NCBI GenBank assembly: GCA_041746575.1
Contig: JBGTGT010000121.1
Location: 50,277-114,276 of the forward strand
DNA from: Microcystaceae cyanobacterium
Lineage (GTDB): Bacteria; Cyanobacteriota; Cyanobacteriia; Cyanobacteriales; Microcystaceae
DNA length: 64,000 nt
Reading direction: 5' to 3'
Shown here: positions 32,026-41,887 of the stretch, piece by piece
How positions within the stretch are numbered: position 1 is the stretch's first letter
Layout of the letters: each line of letters begins with the position of its first letter
Translations under genes and position numbers: made by a program
Notes under the pieces: generated by a model
What the model saw: only the letters and a program-made list of their open reading frames with translations
What the model was told of the DNA's origin: nothing
Databases searched by the model: none

Positions 32026-32571
32026 ATGGGCATAAATCTAATGATTAAAACCCTTCTGCAACGCTTTTGGACGCTTATCGTGATTCTTTTCCTAGCGATC
32101 GCTTGGGTTCTACTGGATGCCTCAGTGGCGATTGCTCAAGAGAAAACGGTAAATCATACCTATGGAGAATTGCGACAGGCGGATTTTTCTCACCAAGATT
32201 TGTTTGGGGGGGTTTTTGCCGCAGCAGATATGCGAGAAGCAAATTTTGAAGGATCTGACCTTTCTTATGCCATTATGACGCAAGGGGTACTATTAAATGC
32301 TAATTTACGAGATGTTAATTTCACGGGAGCGTTAATCGACCGAGTCACCTTTGATTTTGCGGATTTAACCAATGCAATTTTAACCGATGCGATCGCTACT
32401 CGGACACGGTTTTATGATGCCATTATTACAGGTGCAGATTTTAGCAATGCGGTGATTGATGGCTATCAAGTAGCGTTAATGTGTAAGTATGCAGATGGGG
32501 TAAATTCGGCAACAGGGGTATCTACAAGAGAGAGTTTAGGGTGTCGGGAAACCGCTTCTTCAAATCCCTAA
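32026..32571 (+). CDS. Pentapeptide repeat protein (lumenal type)
   Basis: Signal peptide, A(D/N)LxG-type repeats, C-terminal [11 protein letters not shown]. Confidence 0.92.
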   Translation: MGINLMIKTLLQRFWTLIVILFLAIAWVLLDASVAIAQEKTVNHTYGELRQADFSHQDLFGGVFAAADMREANFEGSDLSYAIMTQGVLLNANLRDVNFTGALIDRVTFDFADLTNAILTDAIATRTRFYDAIITGADFSNAVIDGYQVALMCKYADGVNSATGVSTRESLGCRETASSNP

Positions 32572-32766
32572 AAATGCTCTAAAAAAAAGTTTTATTTGTT
32601 TTAAACTCGAGCAAGCGATCACCTTACCTTTTGTAATTACTGCTCTCGTCATTCTTGTTAAAATTTAGTGACTTATTTTAATTATAAGCAACTTTTTCTA
32701 AAATTAGTTAATAGTTGAGTCATAGGAGTTTCCACTCTAGTTCTACTCCTTTGATGGAAGACTAAC

Positions 32767-34179
32767 TTAAATCACTTTTTCTCTTCTTTCAATTTTAGAA
32801 GGAATTTCTGCCCGTCGCAATACATCACCAAAATGACTGGTTATACCGACATCACCCACTAAAATAATTCCTTCATTAATTTTATTAACAGTTGAAATTA
32901 ACTGTCTTAGTTTTTCTAATCCTTGTGTTACATTAAATCGATGATAAGATGAAACGTTACCCGGATAAATTGTATTACCTAAACTCCTAGTTGCACCTTG
33001 ATGAAATTGAACAATCCAAATTGTTTTAGCATCAGCTACCCATTCCATTCTCACTACGCCTAATTGTTGTGCCGCTTGTTCATAAAGATTTCTGACCGAC
33101 TGAATAATATAATTGGGAAGTACGCTCCGTTGTTTTTGTCCTATCATAAATTCTTCTCCATATCCCTTTGTTCCTTCTATAAGAATCTCTCCATTTTCGT
33201 CAGTAATTAATGCACCAGAATACTCTGCATCGATTCCTGATTGCGCTAAAATAGAAGCAATTGCGTTACCATCGGGATCTTCTTGTTTCATTAAATTAAA
33301 AGGATCACACCATCCCCGTTTAGTGGTAAATTTTCCGGGGATTTGAACAGTAGGACAAGTGCGAATCCAAGTTTCACTAAATCCCGTCAATTGACCAAAA
33401 GTAAAGGGAGATACGTTGCGACTAATAACGGTAGTTAAAGGAACTTTAAATCCCGATAAATGAGCAATTAATAGGCCATAAGCTTTATCTCCAATAAACT
33501 GACTAAAACGATTTGGCCAATATATCTTAGCAGTTGCATGGCTAATTCCTACTTCTTCAAGTTCCCAAATTATTGTATGTTCACGCTGAAAACCACGACG
33601 CAAAGGATGAATACTAAATTCAACACGAGTTTGAGGCGAATAATCTAAAAAAGGATTAAAATTGTAGACTGTTTCTAAGAGTTGAAGTCCAAGTTGACGA
33701 GGTAAAGAAGCAGTACCGGGTTTTTCGACACAGCGAGGGGTATCACAGGGTGCAAATTCAATCACATTCCCTAATAAAACCCCTGAAACACCACCATCAC
33801 AGATATCAATAGTTTCATTGACAATAGTATAAAGTCCCTCACCTGCTAAACGTTGCAAGGTTTCTTGTATGATGTTGACTTCTTGGAGTCCATAGACAAA
33901 TTCTCGACTTTTGGGATCTTTAGGATCAAAACTACGAATATTAACCGATTTTTCAGAAGATTGCGCTAGAATTGCGCTAACTGCTTCACTCACTGAATCA
34001 AATTGGTCATTATCTTCGTAGCCATAAATTCTGCTGTAGCGTTGTTCTAATGTGGGGTCAAAACTCACAAATTGAGCAACATTTGCTTTAATAGCTAAGT
34101 TATTGAGAATAGCGTCTTTATAGTGCATTGTCTTTCCATCTATCTTTAATTTTTGGCTGAAATTGATAGAAGAGGTCAC
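32767..34179 (-). CDS. Uncharacterised dikinase-like protein: tandem ATP-grasp (PPDK_N-like) modules plus phospho-His swivel domain
   Basis: C-half GDKA..VP..WIRT..GKFTT..LAQ..SGA..IEG..GYGE..MEW..WIVQ follows the PEP-synthase nucleotide-domain motif order; ends GITSHFGDVLRRAEIP. The GTG start overlaps the upstream stop (GTGA). Confidence 0.7.
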   Translation of the reverse strand: MTSSINFSQKLKIDGKTMHYKDAILNNLAIKANVAQFVSFDPTLEQRYSRIYGYEDNDQFDSVSEAVSAILAQSSEKSVNIRSFDPKDPKSREFVYGLQEVNIIQETLQRLAGEGLYTIVNETIDICDGGVSGVLLGNVIEFAPCDTPRCVEKPGTASLPRQLGLQLLETVYNFNPFLDYSPQTRVEFSIHPLRRGFQREHTIIWELEEVGISHATAKIYWPNRFSQFIGDKAYGLLIAHLSGFKVPLTTVISRNVSPFTFGQLTGFSETWIRTCPTVQIPGKFTTKRGWCDPFNLMKQEDPDGNAIASILAQSGIDAEYSGALITDENGEILIEGTKGYGEEFMIGQKQRSVLPNYIIQSVRNLYEQAAQQLGVVRMEWVADAKTIWIVQFHQGATRSLGNTIYPGNVSSYHRFNVTQGLEKLRQLISTVNKINEGIILVGDVGITSHFGDVLRRAEIPSKIERREKVI

Positions 34180-34805
34180 AACTTTTCTAAATTACTTAAG
34201 ATCTCTTCTATAAAACAGATGTTTCCTTTTCGTTCTTTCAATTGTAAGATAGCTTGGCGAATTAGACTAATCCCAAGTTCAATCTCCAGTTTTTTATGAT
34301 CTTCATTAAAGGTAGGAATTCCTTTTTTTTTCGCTATCCAAAACTCATAAACACATCCATTACTATATTGCCAATCATTAATGAAGAAAGCAGTAGTAAT
34401 ATAACGTTCAATCACTTGTTGCCAAAAATAATGCCAATCTCGTTGTGTCCAATCTGGGATATGGGGAATGGCAGTTGGATCAATTACAATTTTACCTGTT
34501 TTATGGCGCAATTGTTGAATAAATTTCTGTGCTTGTTGACGATTGGGTTCAATGACTTCTTGATAATGATGTTGATGATAGGTTTTATCTGCGCTATCTA
34601 TATCAGCGAAGTTTTTACCAATTCGTTCTAACCAATTAAGATACCGTTTTCCTGATGTAATGGGAGAACTACAATAAAAAACTTCATCTGTGTCTATAAC
34701 GCTTTTATAGACTTCTAGCATCATACACATATTAACGTCACTATCTTTATGATTTTGAGAGATGTCAATTTGGGTTGAATGGTTTGTAGGTGGTACGCTT
34801 AACAT
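34176..34805 (-). CDS. Nucleoside 2'-deoxyribosyltransferase-fold / DUF4406-like protein
   Basis: FYCSSPITSG and FFINDWQYSNGCVYEFWIAKKKGIP match the NDT/DUF4406 pattern Yx(S/A)GP...W..S.G...E...A...G.P. Confidence 0.7.
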   Translation of the reverse strand: MLSVPPTNHSTQIDISQNHKDSDVNMCMMLEVYKSVIDTDEVFYCSSPITSGKRYLNWLERIGKNFADIDSADKTYHQHHYQEVIEPNRQQAQKFIQQLRHKTGKIVIDPTAIPHIPDWTQRDWHYFWQQVIERYITTAFFINDWQYSNGCVYEFWIAKKKGIPTFNEDHKKLEIELGISLIRQAILQLKERKGNICFIEEILSNLEKL

Positions 34806-34826
34806 ATAATTAATAAAAAAGATGTA

Positions 34827-35426
34827 CTATTGTTTGGCTTCAACTTTTTGGATTAGAGAATAAATATCTTTTGAAAGAATATCTAGATTTTTATTGATTT
34901 CTTCAAATTGATTTTTTTCTGGACTAAGTTGTGGACTAAAATCTATCCACTGAAAGAATTTATTAAAAAACAAGAAAACTAAAGTAGCTAAAAGAAGAAA
35001 TCCTAAAAAATTGACTGCTTGACTAACTTGCCACCAAGGTTTAGCTTTGTAGAAATTTGTGTAATGTGTAATTGACCAATATTTTTGAGAAAATTGATCA
35101 TTCAGCTTACCTTCTATTTCTTCTAAATGTTCTCTAGTTGTTTTTCCATAACGATTCATAGGAATATAAATGGCAAGAAACCAACAAGCAAGAGGGATAA
35201 GTGAAATAAATAAGATAATTTCGGGAGGAAAAAAAGTAGCTTTATAACCAAAAGTTAGAATCCCAGCAGAGAGTAAAGCCATATATTGGAAAATTTGCCA
35301 AATAGCTTTATAAATATTCTCATAGCGTTGTGCAGCTTGTTCATATTCTATTTTAAAAAGATCAAGAGTTCGTTCCCAATCTTGTTCATTGAGTAAATTG
35401 TCTTGAGAAGGATGTTCTGTTGTCAT
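34827..35426 (-). CDS. Hypothetical 3-TM membrane protein (effector-like)
   Basis: Helix LFKIEYEQAAQRYE, TM hairpin, amphipathic REHLEEIE segment, third TM, C-terminal coiled coil. Confidence 0.72.
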   Translation of the reverse strand: MTTEHPSQDNLLNEQDWERTLDLFKIEYEQAAQRYENIYKAIWQIFQYMALLSAGILTFGYKATFFPPEIILFISLIPLACWFLAIYIPMNRYGKTTREHLEEIEGKLNDQFSQKYWSITHYTNFYKAKPWWQVSQAVNFLGFLLLATLVFLFFNKFFQWIDFSPQLSPEKNQFEEINKNLDILSKDIYSLIQKVEAKQ

Positions 35427-35485
35427 AGCTTCAAAAATCCTTTTTAAAAAATTGTTTAACTTAATGGGAAAATTAGAGTAGCAAA

Positions 35486-35507
35486 GGTGGGTATAAAACC
35501 CACCCTA
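35486..35507. repeat. REP-like palindrome after carB
   Basis: GGTGGGT-ATAAA-ACCCACC(CTA); reads TAGGGTGGG...CCCACC on the minus strand. Confidence 0.5.
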
Positions 35508-35523
35508 ACTGAAAGTTAAACGC

Positions 35524-38500
35524 TTAAGAATGATAATCCTGAATCGCTTTAACATCTAAGTCTTCATTCTGTAAAGAACGAATCGCTGCAACCGTCGCTT
35601 TTGCTCCTGCAATAGTCGTAATAATGGGTAACTTGTAGTCCAAAGCGGCACGACGAATTTTGCGTCCATCCATTTGGGGTTCTTCGCCGCCGGGGGTATT
35701 AATAATAAATTGAATCTGTTTATTTTTAATCCAATCTACCACATGGGGACGACCTTCATGGAGTTTTAAGACTACTTCTACCCCTTCAATGCCATTGTCG
35801 GTTAAAACTTTTTGGGTTCCGGATGTGGCGACAATTTTAAATCCTAAATTGACTAAATCTTTTGCAACAGGAACAGTCGCTAGTTTATCACGATCGCTCA
35901 TAGAAATAAATACGGTGCCTGTAGTGGCCAAATCAACACCGGCTGCCATTTCTGCTTTAGCAAACGCTTTGCCAAAGTCGCTATCAATGCCCATTACTTC
36001 ACCCGTAGAACGCATTTCTGGCCCTAATAACGTATCTGCACCGGGGAATTTACTAAAAGGTAAAACGGCTTCTTTGACGGCGATATGAGTGGGAACAATT
36101 TCATCAATTACCCCTAATTCTTCTAGCGTTTTTCCTGACATCACTAAAGAGGCAATTTTCGCTAACGGCCGTCCGGTTGCTTTAGATACATAGGGTACAG
36201 TCCGAGAGGCACGGGGATTCGCTTCTAAGATATACACTTGTTCGCCTTGTACAGCGTATTGAATATTCATCAACCCTACTACATTCAACGCATTGGCAAG
36301 TTGGGTTGTCCATTGACGAATCGTATCTATAACCGCAGCAGAAAGGGTCGTAAACGGTAAAGAACAGGCAGAATCTCCGGAATGAACCCCTGCTTCTTCA
36401 ATATGCTCCATAATTCCCCCAATAACGACCTTACCTGTGAGGTCAGATAAAGCATCCACATCTACTTCAATGGCATTTTCGAGGAATTTATCGATTAAAA
36501 TGGGGTGGTCGGGTTCAATTTGCACTGCATAGGTCATATAGCGTTCTAATTCTTCATCAGAATAGACGATTTCCATAGCACGACCCCCCAGAACATAGGA
36601 CGGACGTACCACTACAGGATAGTTAATCTGAGACGCTACTGCAAGAGATTCTTCGTAACTGCGAGCAATGCCATTTGGTGGCTGTTTAATATTTAGTCCA
36701 TGGAGAATTCGCTCGAATCGTTCTCGATCTTCAGCAGTATCAATGGAATCGGGGGAGGTCCCCCAAATTTTGGTTTGAACAGGACAATCGGGACTATCAA
36801 GGTATTTTTGCAGAGGAACAGCCAATTTTAGGGGGGTTTGACCGCCAAATTGCACGATGATACCGACAGGATTTTCCGCTTCAATGATATTGAGGACATC
36901 CTCTTTGGTAAGGGGTTCAAAATAAAGGCGATCGCTGGTATCATAATCGGTGGAGACGGTTTCTGGATTAGAATTGACCATAATTGTCTCAAATCCGGCA
37001 TCAGACAGGGCAAAGGACGCATGGCAACAGCAATAGTCAAATTCTATCCCTTGTCCAATCCGATTGGGTCCACCCCCCAAAATCATGACCTTGGGTTTAT
37101 CAATCGGGGTGACTTCGGTTTCATCGGGTTCATAGGTAGAGTAATAATAAGGCGTATAAGCTTCAAATTCTGCCGCACAGGTATCTACCACCTTATAAAC
37201 GGGAACAATGCCTAATTCCTTACGATAGGCGCGAACTTCATCCTCTTTTGTTTTTGTGGCAAAGGCCATTTGATAGTCACTGAACCCTTGTTGCTTAATT
37301 AAACGCATTTGTGGCGCAGTAATTTGTTTTAGAGGGGTATTTTTGAGAAATTTTTCAGTTTGAACTAAATCGTATAATTTATCTAAGAACCAGATGTCAA
37401 TGGCCGTTAATTCGTGAATTTCCTCCACTGTCATTCCCATTTTCATGGCATGATAGATAGAGTAAACCCGTTCAGGGTTGGGGGTACGTAAGCTGGCACG
37501 GATTTGAGACAGAGAAGGCAAGGTTTCGTTACGCTCACAACCAAAGCCGTGACGACCTGTTTCAAGCGATCTTAAGGCTTTTTGAAAAGACTCTTGAAAA
37601 GTTCGACCAATTGCCATCGCTTCCCCAACAGATTTCATCTGGGTGGTTAAAATGGGTTGGGAGCCGGGAAATTTCTCAAAGGTAAAGCGAGGAATCTTGG
37701 TTACGACGTAGTCAATGGTGGGTTCAAAAGAAGCTGGAGTTTTCTGCGTAATATCATTGGAAATTTCATCTAAAGTGTAACCCACTGCTAATTTTGCCGC
37801 AAATTTGGCAATGGGGAATCCTGTGGCTTTCGACGCTAAAGCCGAAGACCGTGATACGCGAGGATTCATCTCAATAACAATGACATCGCCGTTGGTGGGG
37901 TTTATAGAAAATTGAATATTAGAACCCCCCGTTTCTACGCCAATTTCTCGAATAATGGCCATAGAATAATCTCTTAAACGCTGATATTCTTTATCGGTTA
38001 AGGTTTGTGCCGGCGCAACGGTGATAGAATCCCCAGTATGGACGCCCATCGGGTCAAAGTTTTCAATCGAACAGATAATAACAACATTATCCGCTAAGTC
38101 TCGCATGACCTCCAATTCGTATTCTTTCCAGCCTAAGAGCGATTTTTCTACCAAAATTTGCGATACAGGAGACATATCTAGTCCATATTGTGCCATTTCT
38201 TCATATTCTTCTTGGTTATAAGCAATGCCTCCCCCTGATCCGCCTAAGGTAAACGCAGGACGAATAATGAGGGGATAAGAACCAATTTTTGCAACCGCCG
38301 CTTTGGCTTCGTCCATATTGGTGACAATTTCCGATGGACAACAGGGAACACCGATTTTTCTCATCGCTTCTCGGAATAAATCCCTGTCTTCTGCTTTTTC
38401 GATGGCAGGAAGTTTTGCCCCGATCAATTCTACATTATATTGCTCTAATACTCCCGTTTTTGCCAGAGTAACCGCAAGATTTAAGGCGGTTTGACCTCCC

Positions 38501-38769
38501 ATCGTCGGCAATAAAGCATCAGGACGTTCTTTCGCAATAACTTTGGCGATAATCTCGGGGGTTAGGGGTTCGATATAAGTCCGATTTGCCATTTCTGGGT
38601 CGGTCATGATAGATGCAGGGTTAGAATTGACTAAAACAACTTCATATCCTTCTTCTCGCAGAGCTTTACAGGCTTGTGTTCCTGAATAGTCAAATTCGCA
38701 AGCTTGTCCGATGACAATGGGACCTGCACCTAAAATGAGAATCTTGTTTAAATCGTCGCGGCGTGGCAT
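35524..38769 (-). CDS. carB: Carbamoyl-phosphate synthase large subunit
   Basis: MPRRDD...[17 protein letters not shown], two ATP-grasp halves, MGS domain, 1081 aa. Confidence 0.98.
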   Translation of the reverse strand: MPRRDDLNKILILGAGPIVIGQACEFDYSGTQACKALREEGYEVVLVNSNPASIMTDPEMANRTYIEPLTPEIIAKVIAKERPDALLPTMGGQTALNLAVTLAKTGVLEQYNVELIGAKLPAIEKAEDRDLFREAMRKIGVPCCPSEIVTNMDEAKAAVAKIGSYPLIIRPAFTLGGSGGGIAYNQEEYEEMAQYGLDMSPVSQILVEKSLLGWKEYELEVMRDLADNVVIICSIENFDPMGVHTGDSITVAPAQTLTDKEYQRLRDYSMAIIREIGVETGGSNIQFSINPTNGDVIVIEMNPRVSRSSALASKATGFPIAKFAAKLAVGYTLDEISNDITQKTPASFEPTIDYVVTKIPRFTFEKFPGSQPILTTQMKSVGEAMAIGRTFQESFQKALRSLETGRHGFGCERNETLPSLSQIRASLRTPNPERVYSIYHAMKMGMTVEEIHELTAIDIWFLDKLYDLVQTEKFLKNTPLKQITAPQMRLIKQQGFSDYQMAFATKTKEDEVRAYRKELGIVPVYKVVDTCAAEFEAYTPYYYSTYEPDETEVTPIDKPKVMILGGGPNRIGQGIEFDYCCCHASFALSDAGFETIMVNSNPETVSTDYDTSDRLYFEPLTKEDVLNIIEAENPVGIIVQFGGQTPLKLAVPLQKYLDSPDCPVQTKIWGTSPDSIDTAEDRERFERILHGLNIKQPPNGIARSYEESLAVASQINYPVVVRPSYVLGGRAMEIVYSDEELERYMTYAVQIEPDHPILIDKFLENAIEVDVDALSDLTGKVVIGGIMEHIEEAGVHSGDSACSLPFTTLSAAVIDTIRQWTTQLANALNVVGLMNIQYAVQGEQVYILEANPRASRTVPYVSKATGRPLAKIASLVMSGKTLEELGVIDEIVPTHIAVKEAVLPFSKFPGADTLLGPEMRSTGEVMGIDSDFGKAFAKAEMAAGVDLATTGTVFISMSDRDKLATVPVAKDLVNLGFKIVATSGTQKVLTDNGIEGVEVVLKLHEGRPHVVDWIKNKQIQFIINTPGGEEPQMDGRKIRRAALDYKLPIITTIAGAKATVAAIRSLQNEDLDVKAIQDYHS

Positions 38770-39161
38770 AGGCTTTCTTGATACAATTACGAGTCTAAAT
38801 CTCCATCATTGTATCGGCTATTTCTGCTCAGGATACGCTTTTCTTTATTTAGGTTTAATGACTTTTGTCTAGATTTTTAGGCACCTGTCTTTTAAGGTTA
38901 TTATTTTAGTAACTTATTTTTCTGAGTAATAATGAGGGTTCTTGAGATAAAAATTATACTTCAAAAATTTGTTTAACGGTTGACTTTAGATTTGGAAAAA
39001 GCTCAGATTGTATTTCTTGTTCTTCTATGAATTCGCTTTACCGTTAGCTAATTTGCTTTCCTACTCAAGAAGATAAAATATAACAGATTTTACGCCGCTT
39101 TAATTCCGTCTAGTATCATAGAAAAATGGACTCAATCACAATCAATTCATTAAGCGTCGTC

Positions 39162-40964
39162 ATGTCTGAACAAGCAGAACCCATTAAACTCCCTCGTACC
39201 AGTGAATCAGAAAGCCTGAAACGGATTCGTCATACTGCCTCTCATGTCATGGCTATGGCAGTGCAGAAACGCTTTCCTAAAGCACAAGTGACCATTGGAC
39301 CTTGGACAGAAACAGGATTTTACTATGATTTTGATGTCCCTGAACCTTTCACTGAAAAGGATCTTAAAGACATTAAAAAAGAAATGATCAAAATTATCAA
39401 CAAAAACCTACCTGTTACTTGTGAAGAAGTGAGCCGTGAAGAAGCAGAAAAACGGATTAAAGCGATTAATGAACCTTATAAATTGGAAATTCTGGCAGGA
39501 ATTCAAGAACCCATTACAGTCTATCATTTAGGCGACCAATGGTGGGATCTCTGCGCAGGTCCCCATCTGGAAACCACAGGGGAATTAAACCCTAAAGCGT
39601 TTGATTTAGAAACGGTGGCAGGAGCATACTGGCGGGGCGATGAAACCAAAGCCCAACTTCAGCGTATCTACGGCACAGCATGGGAAATCCCAGAACAGTT
39701 AGCTGAATATAAACGGCGCAAAGAAGAAGCTTTAAAGCGAGATCATCGTAAATTAGGCAAAGAACTTGGATTGTTCATTTTTTCTGACTCAGTGGGTCCC
39801 GGACTTCCTTTATGGACTCCCAAAGGAACCCTTATTCGGTCAACCTTAGAGGATTTCTTGAAACAAGAACAGATTAAGCGGGGTTATCTTCCCGTTGTTA
39901 CACCTCACATCGGCAGAGTTGATTTATTTAAGGTTTCAGGTCACTGGCAAAATTATAAAGAAGATATGTTCCCCATGATGGCGGAAAACTTAGACGAAGC
40001 TTCAAAAGAAGTAGGTTTTGTCTTAAAACCAATGAATTGTCCTTTTCATATCCAAATTTATAAGAGTGAGTTACGCTCTTACCGAGACTTGCCGATGCGA
40101 TTGGCGGAATTTGGCACGGTGTATCGTTATGAACAATCTGGGGAATTGGGCGGATTAACCCGTGTTCGAGGCTTTACAGTAGATGATTCTCATCTTTTCG
40201 TCACCCCAGAACAGTTAGATGATGAATTCTTGAGCGTTGTGGATTTAATTCTTGCTGTCTTTGAGAGTTTGCAACTGAAGAATTTTAAAGCACGCTTAAG
40301 TTTCCGTGATCCTGAGTCGGATAAATATATTGGCTCTGATGAAGCGTGGCAAAAAGCAGAAAATGCCATTCGTCGTGCGGTTCAAACCCTCGATATGAAC
40401 TATTTTGAAGCACCTGGAGAAGCCGCTTTTTATGGACCTAAACTAGACTTTATTTTCCAAGATGCTCTAGAAAGGGAATGGCAACTAGGAACAGTACAAG
40501 TAGATTACAATTTGCCGGAACGCTTTGACCTTGAATACATGGCTGAAGATGGGGAAAGAAAACGTCCCGTGATGATTCACCGTGCGCCGTTTGGGTCGTT
40601 AGAACGCTTAATTGGCATCTTAATTGAAGAATATGCTGGTGATTTTCCCCTATGGTTGTCTCCTGTACAGATTCGTCTATTACCTGTTAGTAACGCTCAG
40701 TTAAACTATGCGAAAACGGTGGTTGCTCAGATGTTAACAGTCGGAATCCGTGCCGAGGTAGATACTTCAGGAGAAAGATTAGCGAAACTCATTCGCAATG
40801 CTGAGAAAGAGAAAATCCCTGTCATGGCTGTTGTAGGTGCGAAAGAAGTAGAATCTGAAGCTTTGAGCGTTCGCACTCGTGTATCGGGAGAATTAGGCGC
40901 AATTTTAGTAACTGAGGTGATCGATAAAATGACCCATGCTATCACAAATCATAGCAATTTTTAA
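39162..40964 (+). CDS. thrS: Threonine--tRNA ligase
   Basis: RHTASH, DLCAGPH, RDHRKLG, KPMNCPFH, YGPKLD, HRAPFGS. Confidence 0.97.
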   Translation: MSEQAEPIKLPRTSESESLKRIRHTASHVMAMAVQKRFPKAQVTIGPWTETGFYYDFDVPEPFTEKDLKDIKKEMIKIINKNLPVTCEEVSREEAEKRIKAINEPYKLEILAGIQEPITVYHLGDQWWDLCAGPHLETTGELNPKAFDLETVAGAYWRGDETKAQLQRIYGTAWEIPEQLAEYKRRKEEALKRDHRKLGKELGLFIFSDSVGPGLPLWTPKGTLIRSTLEDFLKQEQIKRGYLPVVTPHIGRVDLFKVSGHWQNYKEDMFPMMAENLDEASKEVGFVLKPMNCPFHIQIYKSELRSYRDLPMRLAEFGTVYRYEQSGELGGLTRVRGFTVDDSHLFVTPEQLDDEFLSVVDLILAVFESLQLKNFKARLSFRDPESDKYIGSDEAWQKAENAIRRAVQTLDMNYFEAPGEAAFYGPKLDFIFQDALEREWQLGTVQVDYNLPERFDLEYMAEDGERKRPVMIHRAPFGSLERLIGILIEEYAGDFPLWLSPVQIRLLPVSNAQLNYAKTVVAQMLTVGIRAEVDTSGERLAKLIRNAEKEKIPVMAVVGAKEVESEALSVRTRVSGELGAILVTEVIDKMTHAITNHSNF

Positions 40965-40984
40965 CGGGTTAAGGAAGGAATAAT

Positions 40985-41040
40985 GCAGTCACCCGTATTG
41001 GATTAATTCAGTCTGGGTAACTGTTTCTTTTTTTTCTTTT
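40985..41040 (+). terminator. Rho-independent terminator after thrS
   Basis: Imperfect stem GCAGTCACCC...GGGTAACTGT followed by a long T tract. Confidence 0.65.
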
Positions 41041-41081
41041 CTTATAATTTTTATCAGGTAATTTATTAGCGATTAACGCTC

Positions 41082-41654
41082 ATGTCAATAACCTAAACGA
41101 AACGATTAAATCTTGAATTATTTCCTCAGCAATCTTATCTTGATATTAAATCCGCTTGGGAATATATCAATAGCGAAACTCGTCAGAAACCCACGCCGAA
41201 AATTCATCATAGTCGCTTCCAATTAAAATTAGCGAGTCATATTGATTCAATCGCTAAACTCGAAAAAATTGCTTTAGCATTTCCTGAATTATGTTGCACT
41301 TTTGGTCAGCAATTAATTGTTCATGATATTGTCGTACTTCTTTGGGATAAAATTCCCTTAACGGACACAGAAGAACCTGAAAACACGGTAATTTCCTTTG
41401 CACCCGATTGGGCAATTTGAATTTTATCTCCCAACCAATCCATCACAAAAGTAATAGATAATCTTATTTTCTGTCTAGAGAATAGAGATAAACTCGGATG
41501 GTTAATTAATCCAGATGAACGATCAATTTTTGTGTTTAAAGTGAATCAAACCCCCAAAATTTATCATCTTGATTCAGAAGAAACCTTACCTGTTTTAGAA
41601 CCGATTAAACTTAATTTAACTATTTCTCAGATTTTCGATTGGTTAAAAATATAA
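41082..41654 (+). pseudogene. Uma2 family endonuclease pseudogene
   Basis: 191 codons in one frame (WEYINSE..QKP, FPELCCTFG, APDWAI*ILSP, GWLINPDE, IFDWL) with in-frame stops TAA 41094-41096 and TGA 41418-41420. Confidence 0.88.
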
Positions 41655-41738
41655 ATTATTATTCAAGTTTCTTGTATTCCTTCGCAGATGATAATTTTGA
41701 ATCTAGTAACTCATTTCTTATATAAATTTGTGTTGATT

Positions 41739-41760
41739 TAGGGTGAGTTTTCTCACCCTA
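41739..41760. repeat. REP-like palindrome / terminator hairpin
   Basis: TAGGGTGAG-TTTT-CTCACCCTA, a perfect 9-bp stem between the convergent Uma2 pseudogene and icd. Confidence 0.6.
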
Positions 41761-41887
41761 GAAGGTATCTGTAAAATCAATCTTAAGGGACTGTTTAAGA
41801 CTTGCGCTTCTACTGTTTCAGGATTAATCTCTGTCTGACCAACAAAAGGGTTTAGTCTTTTATTGATAGATACCCTCTAACCGAATT

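Noticed and set aside
38770..39161. T-box or other leader upstream of thrS
   Set aside because: This is an AT-rich divergent promoter region with no T-box consensus.
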